64,000 nucleotides of DNA from Opitutia bacterium (GTDB lineage Bacteria > Verrucomicrobiota > Verrucomicrobiia > Opitutales > Seribacteraceae): the NCBI GenBank assembly GCA_002730975.1, contig PCBO01000062.1:213-64212 (forward strand). The letters are read 5' to 3'. Position numbers and translations under genes: made by a program. The notes beneath the pieces are model-generated. The model searched no databases, was not told the origin of the DNA, and saw only the letters and a program-made list of their open reading frames with translations. Below, one piece after another: positions 49,601 to 58,404 of this stretch (position 1 is the first letter of the stretch; each line of letters opens with the position of its first letter).

Positions 49601-49832
49601 AGTGACCGGAGTTGAGGTACTCCGTAGCATATGAGGCATTTCGTTGATACTGAGTGAGGACACTTTTCTCAGTATCCAATTCAATCAACCTTCCCATGCG
49701 CATGCCATCATCTTCGGGCAGCGTTATTTTTTGGCCACTTGAAACCTGTGCTTCGAGCCTAAGACGCTCTTGATCCATCTCCCGAATCGTCCGGGTTATA
49801 TTTTGGGTGGTACTGAGATTAGCAATTCTCAT
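46635..49832 (-). CDS. flgL: flagellar hook-associated protein 3 (FlgL), greatly enlarged (1065 aa)
   Basis: N-terminus MRIANLSTTQ...SSGQKITLPEDDG and C-terminus VDVSEAIMRLMQASTSYQAALQVGAQIMNTSLLNYI match the flagellin_N/C-type FlgL termini. Follows flgK. Carries a central insert of about 750 aa. Confidence 0.8.
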   Translation of the reverse strand: MRIANLSTTQNITRTIREMDQERLRLEAQVSSGQKITLPEDDGMRMGRLIELDTEKSVLTQYQRNASYATEYLNSGHLNLDKLREVTVRAQEIARVSGSGLSAPAMETYGFEVDQLIEEALNRINATHRKKSLFAGVDSKPNFAASDVKVGDRFQKTISFNGNYVGKSNADGKYELSQGDQLVVNANGHEYVLTASVSGLATDVASTALASIINQDEGALNAIPPVTTSDYNVFVRGSKTPGQRDPNLKVMAKTSDQGDLLLVAGVGQDFKASGQYITDFDPNFYFPEAVKTKLDAASVDQFAGKKYDELTSGDKKTIAQKVYAGSWERDLLLGSVKVAGTSTAVMATPTDWKRLSRYNEGDLVYQDGSVWRSRMGSNWNHKPGETDSKIWEKVPNGYSVDREDWKLSVVGSERREYWLAPDGKMFDLKSDATSHTQQIILDQGYVTSSAQLQTETQRLIEQITYAIPKFDAKGSESGKGLVSFDSSNQEFYLASPQQDGEVISGVFLKGNFSRDVSQVGAQAGKANASHSQGSVISRQGRYYLALDKVEAGQDVSTWEHLTSDFPPASTFTFDSAQTLSLLKGSHVLEPNSGQYFVATADTTIPLGTTNVDLPKIAGLSPVSQSSDGKVFLLGENLPNEGKEKTFVSGRPLSLKTGEFLHDPTDDLYYVANADLTLDASQSASFSPSGTASLHFVPARIIQQGTDWSPSKIYDKGQIVHYNGQYYQGNKSNWDNLSRDPSTSSEYAVLPSDEFMFDKATGARISNSAWLPIDKPLGHVIKFSVENDGLPTVSFPSAGTSGTTAKASAVIDADGFIAGLRVVEPGRYYSGTSAGGKVLPPSFDNAKVLLPNGSEMDVKVLWEQDTSSPGTWTVAGFDFNSQTMPSGIPAGPQKGDFYSFATGSTSFVEHRDENGSIVDVSYNGSKTNSEFYIGHESKISSLLEAKDGGTEKLGGVVSALVDLREALRSAKPSSYAAEVELANQKLISLEEQVIDNMGELASKMVRMETVKSHDEEYYMELNERVSRDLDVDVSEAIMRLMQASTSYQAALQVGAQIMNTSLLNYI

Positions 49833-49852
49833 TGAAGTGAAAAAAATTACAA

Positions 49853-52800
49853 CTAACGGAGAAGTCCCATAACCACTAGTTCGAGCATACTATCCAAAGT
49901 TTTGAGCACGCGAGAGGAGGCTTGAAAAGATCGCTGAAAACGCATCAAGTCAGCGACCTCCTCGTCCATTGACACGGAACTAACCGCTTGGCGCTCATCG
50001 ATAAGAAGCCTTTCCACAGCATTCTGATGCTGAAGGTTATCACCCACGTCAGCCAACGAATTACCGATAGAAGTATTCAGCGTAGAAACTTTCTCCGTAA
50101 AATCTCTGTTTCCCAACTCAGCTACAGCTAAAGCGATGTCATTAGCACCATCACTTGTATCAGCGGATACTTTAATCGTATCAAAAGTAAAGTCTTGGTC
50201 AACGCGCATACTTTTCGCTACGTTCCAAGAATTTGCAGGAACTGCATCGAAAGAGAAATTATCGCCAAATACAAAAGATTTGTCGCCTGCTTCCATACGA
50301 AAGGGAATTTTTTCGTAACCGAGCATCATCATTCTGCCATCATCGTCGGTACCGGGAGAGCCATCAGGTCCAAGATACCCAAGATCGGCTTCCATCGTAA
50401 CATGCTTCATTCTTCGTGCAGATCCATAGATCTTGACGAAATCAGGATTATTGAGCATGGATTCGCCGTCACTAGAACCACGAACAAAAGGAACTGTCCC
50501 AGCAAGTTCTTCAGGAAAAATCGGTGCGGCATAAGTCACCATGAACGTGTCTTTCTCCGGATAAGGAACAGTCATATCGACCTCGTCACGGTAGAGAATG
50601 AATTCGCCTTCTCCTTCCGCTCCTATTAGTCCATACTCTTCCTCCATCACTTTGTTCACACCTTGGGTCGGTCTTCCAAGAAAAGCATCGAATCCAAACA
50701 CATAACCGCCTGGTTCATCATCTGGATTATAAACTTTATTTACTTGGGTCACGAAATCAGTCGCCAAACTGTTCAAATGCTGGCGAAAGGTCTCCATTTC
50801 ATTCGCCCTAACATGCTGATAACCATGTACGACCCCTGATTTGAGAGCAAGCTCTTCGCCATCTGCGAAAAGGGCATCGCTAGGAGGGTAGCCATTACCT
50901 TGATTAATGATGGTGAAACCCTTAATTTCGCCCTTCTCAACGATAGCCTCGGCTAAACCCAGATTCAACTCAACAGCCTCTCCTGACTTAGGATCAAAAG
51001 CAGTTTTACTCGAACGGCGAAGAACTTCTAAATTATTGCCGGCAACCAATTGAGGAGAGATTTTCTGAACATACCCGGACCATTGAGTGGAGGTTGGGTT
51101 GAAAGTTTGCGCTTTAGCCGGTGTTTCAATTAGGAAACTCGACTTAACGAGAAAATGGGAATTCGAGGACTTGTCGTAAATAATGTTTCCCTGCTTAGCC
51201 CCCAGAGAAGTTATAATGCCTTCGGTAGTCTTAACGGTTTGGTCAACATAAGTCATCACCTCTTCAAGGCGACTATCAGAAGTAGGAGCGAAAACATTAC
51301 TTGGAGCGCCTCCTGTAGAAAAATCCTCCAGAGCAACGAAATACTTGTTATTACTTAAAAGATATTGGCCCTTAACAATCGCTTGGTCCGAGGAAGGGTT
51401 AATAGCCTGAAGTTGAGTGGAATTCATTGAGAGAGACGGAAGTTGCGTTCCGAGGGAAACAAATCCATTGCTCTGGTTCCCAATAGTTCCTCCCTCTGGC
51501 AAACGTTGCCCTGTTTCAAATGCCTCTAGAGCTTGGTAGTAAGTGCCTCCATATTGGAAAACATCGCCCTTTGCATAACCTTGGGAACTAACAATAGCAC
51601 CTGACCCGTTCGATACCCCTTTTTCCGCAACTGCAGGGGAAATCCCACCAGTGGTTTGGTAAAGTTTACCGTTCTGGTAAAACTGCTCGCCCTTGGAAAA
51701 ACTTTCAAGATCTGACAAATTCCAAGAATACTCCCGAACTTTTCCGTTCGGAATGGTCTCAATTTTAATAAACTTGGACTCGTCTAGTAGGTTGTCACCC
51801 TTAGCCGTTGAAGCAAGAGATTGGTAGTAACTGCCTTGATAATTAAAAACTTCACCCGCCTTCAAAGAGAAAGGTGCGACAACAGGATTCGCAGAGGTAG
51901 CTGCGGCATTTTGAACTCCGCCAACGCCATCCCCGACAATACCAGCAGTTCCCGTCTGGGCTCCTAAATCAGGTCCTTTATCAACAGGTTGCCCAGCCTG
52001 AAGAGCAGCATCGGCAACGTTCTCAGCTTGTGCTAATCCAGCTACAGCGTTGTTCTGAGCTTGATCGGCTACAGCAGAAACGGTTTTCGCGGGAGGAGCC
52101 AAGGCCACTAAAATGGGGCCAGAAAGATCGGAATACTTGGATCCGCCATCTAGAACCTCGACACGCCCCAATTTACCATCCACGCCAATCTTGGCACGAA
52201 CTTGAGCTGAAGTACCACTTGAATCAGCAGGTGCCGAAACGGAAAATTCTTGCCCCCAATTTGTGGTTAAACTCTTTGAACCATTAGGATCAAGAAGCTT
52301 TACCTTCTCTCCCTTTGCTGTGGTTGAAAAAAGATTCAAGAGACCGGATGCTTGACCCGTGTTCGGATCAAAATCTTCTTCAACTTTAAAATCCATGTGC
52401 CTGGACAAATCTTCAAGCAATTGCTGACGACGATCGCGGTACGTAGTCGCCTTTCCCTTGCCTTGAAGTTCGAATCGTCGAATCTGAGTATTCGCCTCAT
52501 GCAATTTCTCCAAAATAGAATTAATCTGCACCACTGACTGCTTTACGGTCGCAGTTAAGTCGGATTCAATTGACTCAAATTTTTCGCCTGCTTCGTTAAA
52601 ACGCTTACCCAATGTTTGGGTCTTGTGATACAGTTCCTGCCTAATGGTCGGTTCGTCGGGAGATGCGGAGAGTTCCTGAAAGGCATTAAAAAAATCATTT
52701 AAGGCCCGAGTTAAACTTCCTGGAGCAAGATCACTCTCCGATTGATCGTCCAGACCAACATTTACCCCTTGGCGAGTAACTCGTTCGCCAAGTGTTGCTT

Positions 52801-53092
52801 GTAGCAAATCTAAAATTTCTTTTTGGGCATCCAAAGAAGAGGTTTCTCCGACTTCCGACACCACTCGCCTATCTAAAAGTTCACTTCGAGCATGATCGAG
52901 CCCACCCATTTCAAGAGCACTGCTCCCAAGGGAACCGACACCTTTGTACATTGCTCCATCTCGAGCAACGATTCGTTGCCTCGCATAGTTCTCGTCATTA
53001 ACATGACTAAGATTTTTGCCCGCAATCTCTGTGCTCTTAGCATGGTACTGAAGAGCTTGGGTGTTTTTAACTATTTCACCTAAGAGCGCCAT
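49853..53092 (-). CDS. flgK: flagellar hook-associated protein 1 (FlgK), enlarged (1079 aa)
   Basis: N-terminus (AGKNLSHVNDENYARQR) and C-terminus (VSMDEEVADLMRFQRSFQASSRVLKTLDSMLE) are FlgK signatures. Large repeat-containing central region. Confidence 0.85.
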   Translation of the reverse strand: MALLGEIVKNTQALQYHAKSTEIAGKNLSHVNDENYARQRIVARDGAMYKGVGSLGSSALEMGGLDHARSELLDRRVVSEVGETSSLDAQKEILDLLQATLGERVTRQGVNVGLDDQSESDLAPGSLTRALNDFFNAFQELSASPDEPTIRQELYHKTQTLGKRFNEAGEKFESIESDLTATVKQSVVQINSILEKLHEANTQIRRFELQGKGKATTYRDRRQQLLEDLSRHMDFKVEEDFDPNTGQASGLLNLFSTTAKGEKVKLLDPNGSKSLTTNWGQEFSVSAPADSSGTSAQVRAKIGVDGKLGRVEVLDGGSKYSDLSGPILVALAPPAKTVSAVADQAQNNAVAGLAQAENVADAALQAGQPVDKGPDLGAQTGTAGIVGDGVGGVQNAAATSANPVVAPFSLKAGEVFNYQGSYYQSLASTAKGDNLLDESKFIKIETIPNGKVREYSWNLSDLESFSKGEQFYQNGKLYQTTGGISPAVAEKGVSNGSGAIVSSQGYAKGDVFQYGGTYYQALEAFETGQRLPEGGTIGNQSNGFVSLGTQLPSLSMNSTQLQAINPSSDQAIVKGQYLLSNNKYFVALEDFSTGGAPSNVFAPTSDSRLEEVMTYVDQTVKTTEGIITSLGAKQGNIIYDKSSNSHFLVKSSFLIETPAKAQTFNPTSTQWSGYVQKISPQLVAGNNLEVLRRSSKTAFDPKSGEAVELNLGLAEAIVEKGEIKGFTIINQGNGYPPSDALFADGEELALKSGVVHGYQHVRANEMETFRQHLNSLATDFVTQVNKVYNPDDEPGGYVFGFDAFLGRPTQGVNKVMEEEYGLIGAEGEGEFILYRDEVDMTVPYPEKDTFMVTYAAPIFPEELAGTVPFVRGSSDGESMLNNPDFVKIYGSARRMKHVTMEADLGYLGPDGSPGTDDDGRMMMLGYEKIPFRMEAGDKSFVFGDNFSFDAVPANSWNVAKSMRVDQDFTFDTIKVSADTSDGANDIALAVAELGNRDFTEKVSTLNTSIGNSLADVGDNLQHQNAVERLLIDERQAVSSVSMDEEVADLMRFQRSFQASSRVLKTLDSMLELVVMGLLR

Positions 53093-53121
53093 AGATTAAA
53101 GACGGTTTAAGATTACCAGGT

Positions 53122-53652
53122 TCAAGCGGACTCCTCGAGAGTGGGTCGGTAAGCAGTTGAGAAACGAGAAAGGTCACCTCGTTTATCATAAGTTTTCGAG
53201 TGCGACCGAGGGTCGGCAACGGCAAGTATCTGGTCCGTCACTTCGCCTAGCCGAGAAATGAGACGTCGATTTTGGTCTAATTTTCGACGGATTCTGGATA
53301 TTAAGTTGTTGATTTCCTCAACTATACTTTCGAACATCGGTTGAGTTACTAGGGGAAAACAAGGCAGTAGCTCAGACAAACTGGAGTCTTCCGGCTTGCC
53401 ATAGCCAGTTGCCAAGGAACGAACATAACCGCGTCGCCGCTGCTGCAAGGTGTTGTTCGACTCCATTTGAGAGCGAACGGACTTGTTGATCTCAAGCAAA
53501 TTCTCAGGTTCACGATTCAAGATGCTAGCCTGCTGAGAACTGAGTAAGCCCATGAGTCCACCATATTCTCCCAACTCGTCGCGAAGAAGGTTCAAAAGGT
53601 CTTCCCAAGAAAAATCAACTCCGGGAGTGTCCGTTTGCGTAAGATTAACCAT
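53122..53652 (-). CDS. flgN: FlgN-like flagellar export chaperone
   Basis: Helical 176-aa protein immediately upstream of flgK. The L..ll..E...l..Ll.ll..q..al pattern resembles FlgN. The assignment is largely positional. Confidence 0.5.
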   Translation of the reverse strand: MVNLTQTDTPGVDFSWEDLLNLLRDELGEYGGLMGLLSSQQASILNREPENLLEINKSVRSQMESNNTLQQRRRGYVRSLATGYGKPEDSSLSELLPCFPLVTQPMFESIVEEINNLISRIRRKLDQNRRLISRLGEVTDQILAVADPRSHSKTYDKRGDLSRFSTAYRPTLEESA

Positions 53653-54062
53653 CAGTTATTTTCCGTAAAAGATGAGGGTTCATCAGTTTCCTCATTCTCA
53701 GTTTCAGACTCGTTTTCATTTTTGATTAATTCAGTGCCCTCGGCATCGACTTTTTTGTTCAAGTGCATCTGGAGCATCGAGGAGATGCCAAAGCCTCCTC
53801 CCTGAGCTATGCCTTCAGCAATAGCATCAGTAAACATGTGCCGATACATTCCGGAAGCTCCACCATTCTCGTTGAAAATCCCCTTGAACATAGGCTTAAG
53901 AGCCTGCTTGAGGTACTGCTTGACCAGAATAGATTCAAATTGACCGGAAACAGCCGCCGCTTTTTGCTTTTCACTCGCATGTCGGGAATGCGCCATCTCC
54001 ATGAGCATGGAGGTATCCATCCCCACATACTGACTGGTGGATAATTCTGGAGTTGCAGTCAT
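53652..54062 (-). CDS. flgJ: rod-binding protein (FlgJ N-terminal-domain-only homolog)
   Basis: AAAVSGQFESILVKQYLKQ...MYRHMFTDAIAEGIAQGGGFGISSML matches the Rod_binding domain. No muramidase domain (136 aa). Confidence 0.8.
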   Translation of the reverse strand: MTATPELSTSQYVGMDTSMLMEMAHSRHASEKQKAAAVSGQFESILVKQYLKQALKPMFKGIFNENGGASGMYRHMFTDAIAEGIAQGGGFGISSMLQMHLNKKVDAEGTELIKNENESETENEETDEPSSFTENN

Positions 54063-54073
54063 CGTAACTTAAA

Positions 54074-55186
54074 TCAGTTGATAATCAGCTCTGCCTGAAG
54101 AGCGCCGGCCGCCTTGATAGATTGAAGGATGGAAGTCATTTCTCGAGTAGTAAGACCTAGCTTGTTAAGTGCAGTAGCAAGGTTATTAACCGTGGTAGCA
54201 CCTTGAGGATCCAACTCATCCAAAGTCTCAAATCGACCGATTTCTTCAACCAATTCGGCATTGGCTCCCTGTAGCACTTGAGTCGCACCAGAGCTGAAAG
54301 GCAAAGGTTGGCTAACGCCTGTAGTCGGATTGATGAAGATTGTCACGTTGCTATTGCTAACGGCAACTGGGGACACCCTAACGCTCTCGGTTGCCACGAT
54401 GGTGCCGGTGCGTTCGTTGATGATCACCTTGGCCGCAATGTTCGGACGTGCGTCAATTTCTCCGATCGCAGCGATAAAATTGGTTGTTTGACCACGAAAC
54501 GATGCTGGAATCTTTATGTTCACGGAACCTGCGTCAACGGCAAGGGCGGTGCCAGGATAATATTTATTTACGGCTCCCGCAATTTTCACGGCGGTCATGG
54601 CGTCGGGAGAGCGTAAAATCATTTCTATTGAGTTTCCATTTCCGATGACCCGACTTTCGATCTCTTGTTCGACAAGAGCTCCGCTAGTCACAAGTCCCAC
54701 AGTTGGATGATTAACTTGCACATTTGCTCCTCCTGCCCCTCCTGCCGAAAGACCACCGATCGAAACTGCTCCTTGGGCAACGGCATAAACTTTATCATCT
54801 GCTCCAAAAAGAGGGGTTTGCAAAAGAATGCCTCCCTGTAAAGAGTCGGCATTACCAATCGAAGCCACGGTTACGTCTATCTTTGAGCCTTCCTTTGCAA
54901 AGGGACCTATATCGGCAGTCACCATCACTGCGGCGATGTTACGGGACTTGTCTGCCTTGTCGGCTCGGATACCCAGACGTTCAAGGGCATTTAAGATACC
55001 CAACTCAGTATACTCGATCCGTGAGTCACCCTGCCCAGCCAAACCCGTTACCACTCCGTAGCCAAAAAGCTGGTTGGAACGAGCACCCTTGACCTGAGTC
55101 AGATCCTGAATACGAGCTCCGTGAAGGCATACACTCACGCATGAGAGGTAGACAAAAGTGAACAAAGAGAGATTGAAACGGTTCAT
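54074..55186 (-). CDS. flgI: flagellar P-ring protein FlgI
   Basis: Signal peptide, then RIQDLT.VKGAR.NQL.GYG.V.GL.G.GD, ADSLQGG.LL.TPL and RTGTIV motifs. Confidence 0.95.
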   Translation of the reverse strand: MNRFNLSLFTFVYLSCVSVCLHGARIQDLTQVKGARSNQLFGYGVVTGLAGQGDSRIEYTELGILNALERLGIRADKADKSRNIAAVMVTADIGPFAKEGSKIDVTVASIGNADSLQGGILLQTPLFGADDKVYAVAQGAVSIGGLSAGGAGGANVQVNHPTVGLVTSGALVEQEIESRVIGNGNSIEMILRSPDAMTAVKIAGAVNKYYPGTALAVDAGSVNIKIPASFRGQTTNFIAAIGEIDARPNIAAKVIINERTGTIVATESVRVSPVAVSNSNVTIFINPTTGVSQPLPFSSGATQVLQGANAELVEEIGRFETLDELDPQGATTVNNLATALNKLGLTTREMTSILQSIKAAGALQAELIIN

Positions 55187-55197
55187 TTTAAATTAGC

Positions 55198-55860
55198 TCA
55201 GAAGGGGTTAAGAATACCTGAGAGACGTTGATACCAAGATTCCTTCTGAGCATCATTTAAACTACCCTTGGCAACAAATTCAATTTGGGCTTCAGCAATA
55301 TACTGGGAAGAAACCACATTTCGGTAGCGTAATCCTTCCCGAAAGCCGAATCCGATATCTTCTTTCCGAACTAATCCCTTCAATACGGCGTAGTAACTCT
55401 CACCGGAAAAGGTGACCATTCTAGCCCCTTCTACTACAAGAACGCCATTCGGTAACATATCGATCACCACAACGCTCACCTTTCCCTGCAGGTTTTGCGT
55501 ATTCGCAATTGAACCACCACCCTTGGAGCTGTTTTTGGTTTCGATTTGAGTGCCGGGCAAACCGCCGTTGTGCGTACCCATTTTACTTTGAGCAAAAAGA
55601 AACTGCTTTACTGCGTTTTCGACCTGAGCTTGTCGGTTTCGAGTTGTGTTTTGAGAGGCAGCGAGGGATGCGCTCTCACTTACGTCTATGGTAAGTAAAT
55701 CGCCTACGGCAAGTGCACGTTTGTCAACATACAATCCTTTGCCACGATTGGTACTCTTCAACCAAAGGGAAGCAGCGCATAAATCGACTAGGGGCAAAAG
55801 AAAGAAGACCCCAAAAAGAATACCTGAAATACTAGAAGTATACTTTGACACTGTTTTCAT
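55198..55860 (-). CDS. flgH: flagellar L-ring lipoprotein FlgH
   Basis: Lipobox-like LVDLC. SLW, A..VGD..T and VID.LPNG.L...G motifs. Confidence 0.9.
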   Translation of the reverse strand: MKTVSKYTSSISGILFGVFFLLPLVDLCAASLWLKSTNRGKGLYVDKRALAVGDLLTIDVSESASLAASQNTTRNRQAQVENAVKQFLFAQSKMGTHNGGLPGTQIETKNSSKGGGSIANTQNLQGKVSVVVIDMLPNGVLVVEGARMVTFSGESYYAVLKGLVRKEDIGFGFREGLRYRNVVSSQYIAEAQIEFVAKGSLNDAQKESWYQRLSGILNPF

Positions 55861-56662
55861 TTAAAACTTTAGCTTGGAATTCACGGTTGGAAGAAATATT
55901 CTTAACACGAACAAAAGAACCCTCTACACCGTCCTCCATCGCTTGGCCTTTCATTTCAACGAAAATGCCTTTTCCAGAAGCAAAAACATTCACGACTTGC
56001 CCTTTGCGTACGAGTGTAACCTTCGAAAGGTGATTCCATTTCAGAACAGTTCCGGGTTTGAGGTTAGAAGCCACTTGATAACCATTCAAGCGAGCGTCGG
56101 ACAGCACGCAGTTGGCTCCCGACCCAAGAGCATCCATGGCACTAGAAGAAAAAAGATCAGGGGTGATCAAGTTCCCTCTATTCAGAGGCACTTTAGCAAC
56201 TGCTACATCTACCATCTGGGAACATTTGACAGGATACCCCCACTCCCCGAATTCGTGACCGTCGGACGAAATTGAAAAACGCACAAACGCGTTGGCTGAT
56301 AATTCATCGGGAATGGATTGCTGGAATTTGAATTCCCAATCTACCGGAACATCAAAAGGTTTCCACTCACGAGAAAGTCGAGCAAGAACAAGTCCGGGCG
56401 CTTGGTAGCGATGCGAAAGCACGGAAGCCATTTTTTTCTCCAATAACTCCGCATCCAAAGAAACTAATCCCTTCTCCTTGGAAATAGATGCGGTATAGGA
56501 ACTGGGAATGGATGGACCGGAAGAAATAAAGCCTGATCGAGTAACTACCGTTTGAACAGGCACCAATACACCCAAGTCAAGCGGTGGGAGCATACGAGTA
56601 ACATCAGCCTGCAATAGTGCAGAAAGAGAAAAACTCGCTAAAAGTATGCTTACTATTCGCAT
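55832..56662 (-). CDS. flgA: flagellar basal-body P-ring formation chaperone FlgA
   Basis: Signal peptide. C-terminal SAF-like region (V.RG..V.......GI.V...G.A...G..G..V.V.N..S). Position between flgG and flgH. Overlaps flgH by 29 nt. Confidence 0.8.
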   Translation of the reverse strand: MRIVSILLASFSLSALLQADVTRMLPPLDLGVLVPVQTVVTRSGFISSGPSIPSSYTASISKEKGLVSLDAELLEKKMASVLSHRYQAPGLVLARLSREWKPFDVPVDWEFKFQQSIPDELSANAFVRFSISSDGHEFGEWGYPVKCSQMVDVAVAKVPLNRGNLITPDLFSSSAMDALGSGANCVLSDARLNGYQVASNLKPGTVLKWNHLSKVTLVRKGQVVNVFASGKGIFVEMKGQAMEDGVEGSFVRVKNISSNREFQAKVLNENSVKVYF

Positions 56663-57445
56663 TTAGCGTTTCAGTTGGTTAACTCGGCCAAGCATCTCAT
56701 CGGAAGTCTGAATGGACTTGGAATTGATCTCGTAGGCACGTTGGGCAATGATCATATTTACCATTTCCTCGACTACATTAACGTTAGACATCTCAAGGTA
56801 ACCTTGTTGCAGAACGCCGAAACCGTTCTCTCCCGGCGCACCGATTTCAGGTGGGCCACTCGCCTCGGTCTCTATAAACAGATTGCCACCCATCGCCTTA
56901 AGTCCGGCTGGATTAGGGAAACGAACGAGCTCGATTTGACCGATAATCTGTTCACCATCAGCAGTCTGTACGGAAACTTCTCCGGTAGGTGACACAAAAG
57001 CATTAGTCACCTCGGGATCAATCTGAATTCCTGCGGCAAGAGGAAGAGCGTCGGCAGTGGTCAATTGCCCATCGGGTCCGACCTTGAAAGCTCCATCTCT
57101 AGTGTAGGATTCGGTGCCATCGGGCCTTTCAACTTGAAAAAAACCTACGCCATCAATGGCTACATCCAACTTCTCGCTGGTTTGCGTAAGAGTCCCCTGA
57201 GTGAAGACTTTCGGAGTAGCAACGACCTTGGTTCCATTACCCATTTCAACACCGGTGGGAATAACATTGCCCGCACCTGTTTGACCACCTGCTTGTCGAG
57301 GGTTCTGATACAATAAATCCTGAAACTCGATTTTGTTCTTCTTGTAGCCCGTGGTGTTTACATTAGCTATGTTGTTCGAGATGACATTCAGGTTAAGTTG
57401 CTGGGCTTGCATGCCCGTAGAGCCGGAATAAAGGGAAAGATTCAT
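56663..57445 (-). CDS. flgG: flagellar distal rod protein FlgG
   Basis: SNNIANVNTTGYKK, DGVGFFQV, YTRDGAF, GYLEMSNVNVVEEMVNMIIAQRAYE. 260 aa. Confidence 0.95.
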   Translation of the reverse strand: MNLSLYSGSTGMQAQQLNLNVISNNIANVNTTGYKKNKIEFQDLLYQNPRQAGGQTGAGNVIPTGVEMGNGTKVVATPKVFTQGTLTQTSEKLDVAIDGVGFFQVERPDGTESYTRDGAFKVGPDGQLTTADALPLAAGIQIDPEVTNAFVSPTGEVSVQTADGEQIIGQIELVRFPNPAGLKAMGGNLFIETEASGPPEIGAPGENGFGVLQQGYLEMSNVNVVEEMVNMIIAQRAYEINSKSIQTSDEMLGRVNQLKR

Positions 57446-57503
57446 GGTAGCCTCGGTTTGTTCGGTTTCGCGATACGGTTAAAAAGTTAAGAAAAATAAC
57501 AAG

Positions 57504-58265
57504 TTAAGAAGTGGCTCCAAGAGTGCCGATGGCCTTGCCAATGTTCTGGTCGAAGTGCTGAATCATCTTCTGATTCGCTTCATGAGCTCGAGACACTTCA
57601 ATGAGCCCGATCATTTCCTGAATGGCTGAAACGTTGCTGTTTTCAACATAGCCTTGCATAATTGTAAAATCAGCGGGATCTGCAGCATTGGGCTCGACCT
57701 CAGGATCCTTTGCGACAAAGCCACCTCCTACTTTTCGGAGTTGCATGAGCGGATCGTCAAAAACGAAAACTCCTACTTGACCGAGAAGCTGGCCATTTTG
57801 AAAGACCTGGCCTTCCTTATCGATTGTCGGATCTCCACCTCCTGGCACGGTTTGAATGTTATTTCCACCGTTTCCAGCGAACTCGTGACCCATGCTGTTG
57901 ACCATAATGCCATCGGCATTCAAATAGAATTGCCCATCTCTAGTGTAGGCAACATCGCCATTTGAGTTGAGCAATCCGAAAAAGCCTTCTCCCCTGAGCG
58001 CCATGTCCATGGGATTGTTCGATTGGCGAAGTTCACCTTCCTCAAAATCGACCTGATTCTTCATGACGGGAAAGGATCCGGGCATTTCGTTCCTCAGCCG
58101 ATCGTGAGTACTCCGAGCAATTTCACCACCATCAACCGCCTCGAAACTGACCGCCACCTTCTTAAAACCAGCAACATGGCTAGCAGCAATGTTGTTTGCG
58201 ATTACGTTTTGGTACTGTTCTAACCCTCTAAGGGCGGAGGCATTTTCATAAAGTGCAAGATTCAC
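57504..58265 (-). CDS. flgF: flagellar proximal rod protein FlgF
   Basis: IANNIAASHVAGFKK, GEGFFGL, YTRDGQF, GYVENSNVSAIQEMIGLIEVSRAHE. GTG start. Confidence 0.85.
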   Translation of the reverse strand: MNLALYENASALRGLEQYQNVIANNIAASHVAGFKKVAVSFEAVDGGEIARSTHDRLRNEMPGSFPVMKNQVDFEEGELRQSNNPMDMALRGEGFFGLLNSNGDVAYTRDGQFYLNADGIMVNSMGHEFAGNGGNNIQTVPGGGDPTIDKEGQVFQNGQLLGQVGVFVFDDPLMQLRKVGGGFVAKDPEVEPNAADPADFTIMQGYVENSNVSAIQEMIGLIEVSRAHEANQKMIQHFDQNIGKAIGTLGATS

Positions 58266-58277
58266 GCCCTCACGTAG

Positions 58278-58294
58278 AGCAAACTTCGTGCCGG
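58278..58294 (-). promoter_or_regulatory. candidate sigma-54 (-24/-12) promoter upstream of flgF
   Basis: The minus strand reads CGGCACGAAGTTTGCT against the consensus TGGCACG-N4-TTGCW, with correct GG/GC spacing. Caveat: the predicted +1 falls only about 2 nt before the flgF GTG. Confidence 0.4.
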
Positions 58295-58404
58295 CTTATG
58301 ACGGAATGGAAACTAGAGACAAGAGAACCGAAGGAATTTTTGCGAAAGATGAAAGATTCTTCACTTCCAGCATACCGAATCGGTCGCCGAAAGAGACAAA
58401 AGAA

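Noticed and set aside
46635-49832. Possibility that the 1065-aa ORF is a giant flagellin rather than FlgL.
   Set aside because: The N-terminus has the FlgL-type 'SSGQKI..PEDDG' motif rather than flagellin 'LSSGLRIN.A.DDAAG'. The ORF sits in the flgK-flgL-fliW position. The C-terminus ends ..LLNYI as in HAP3. Still worth confirming by HMM.
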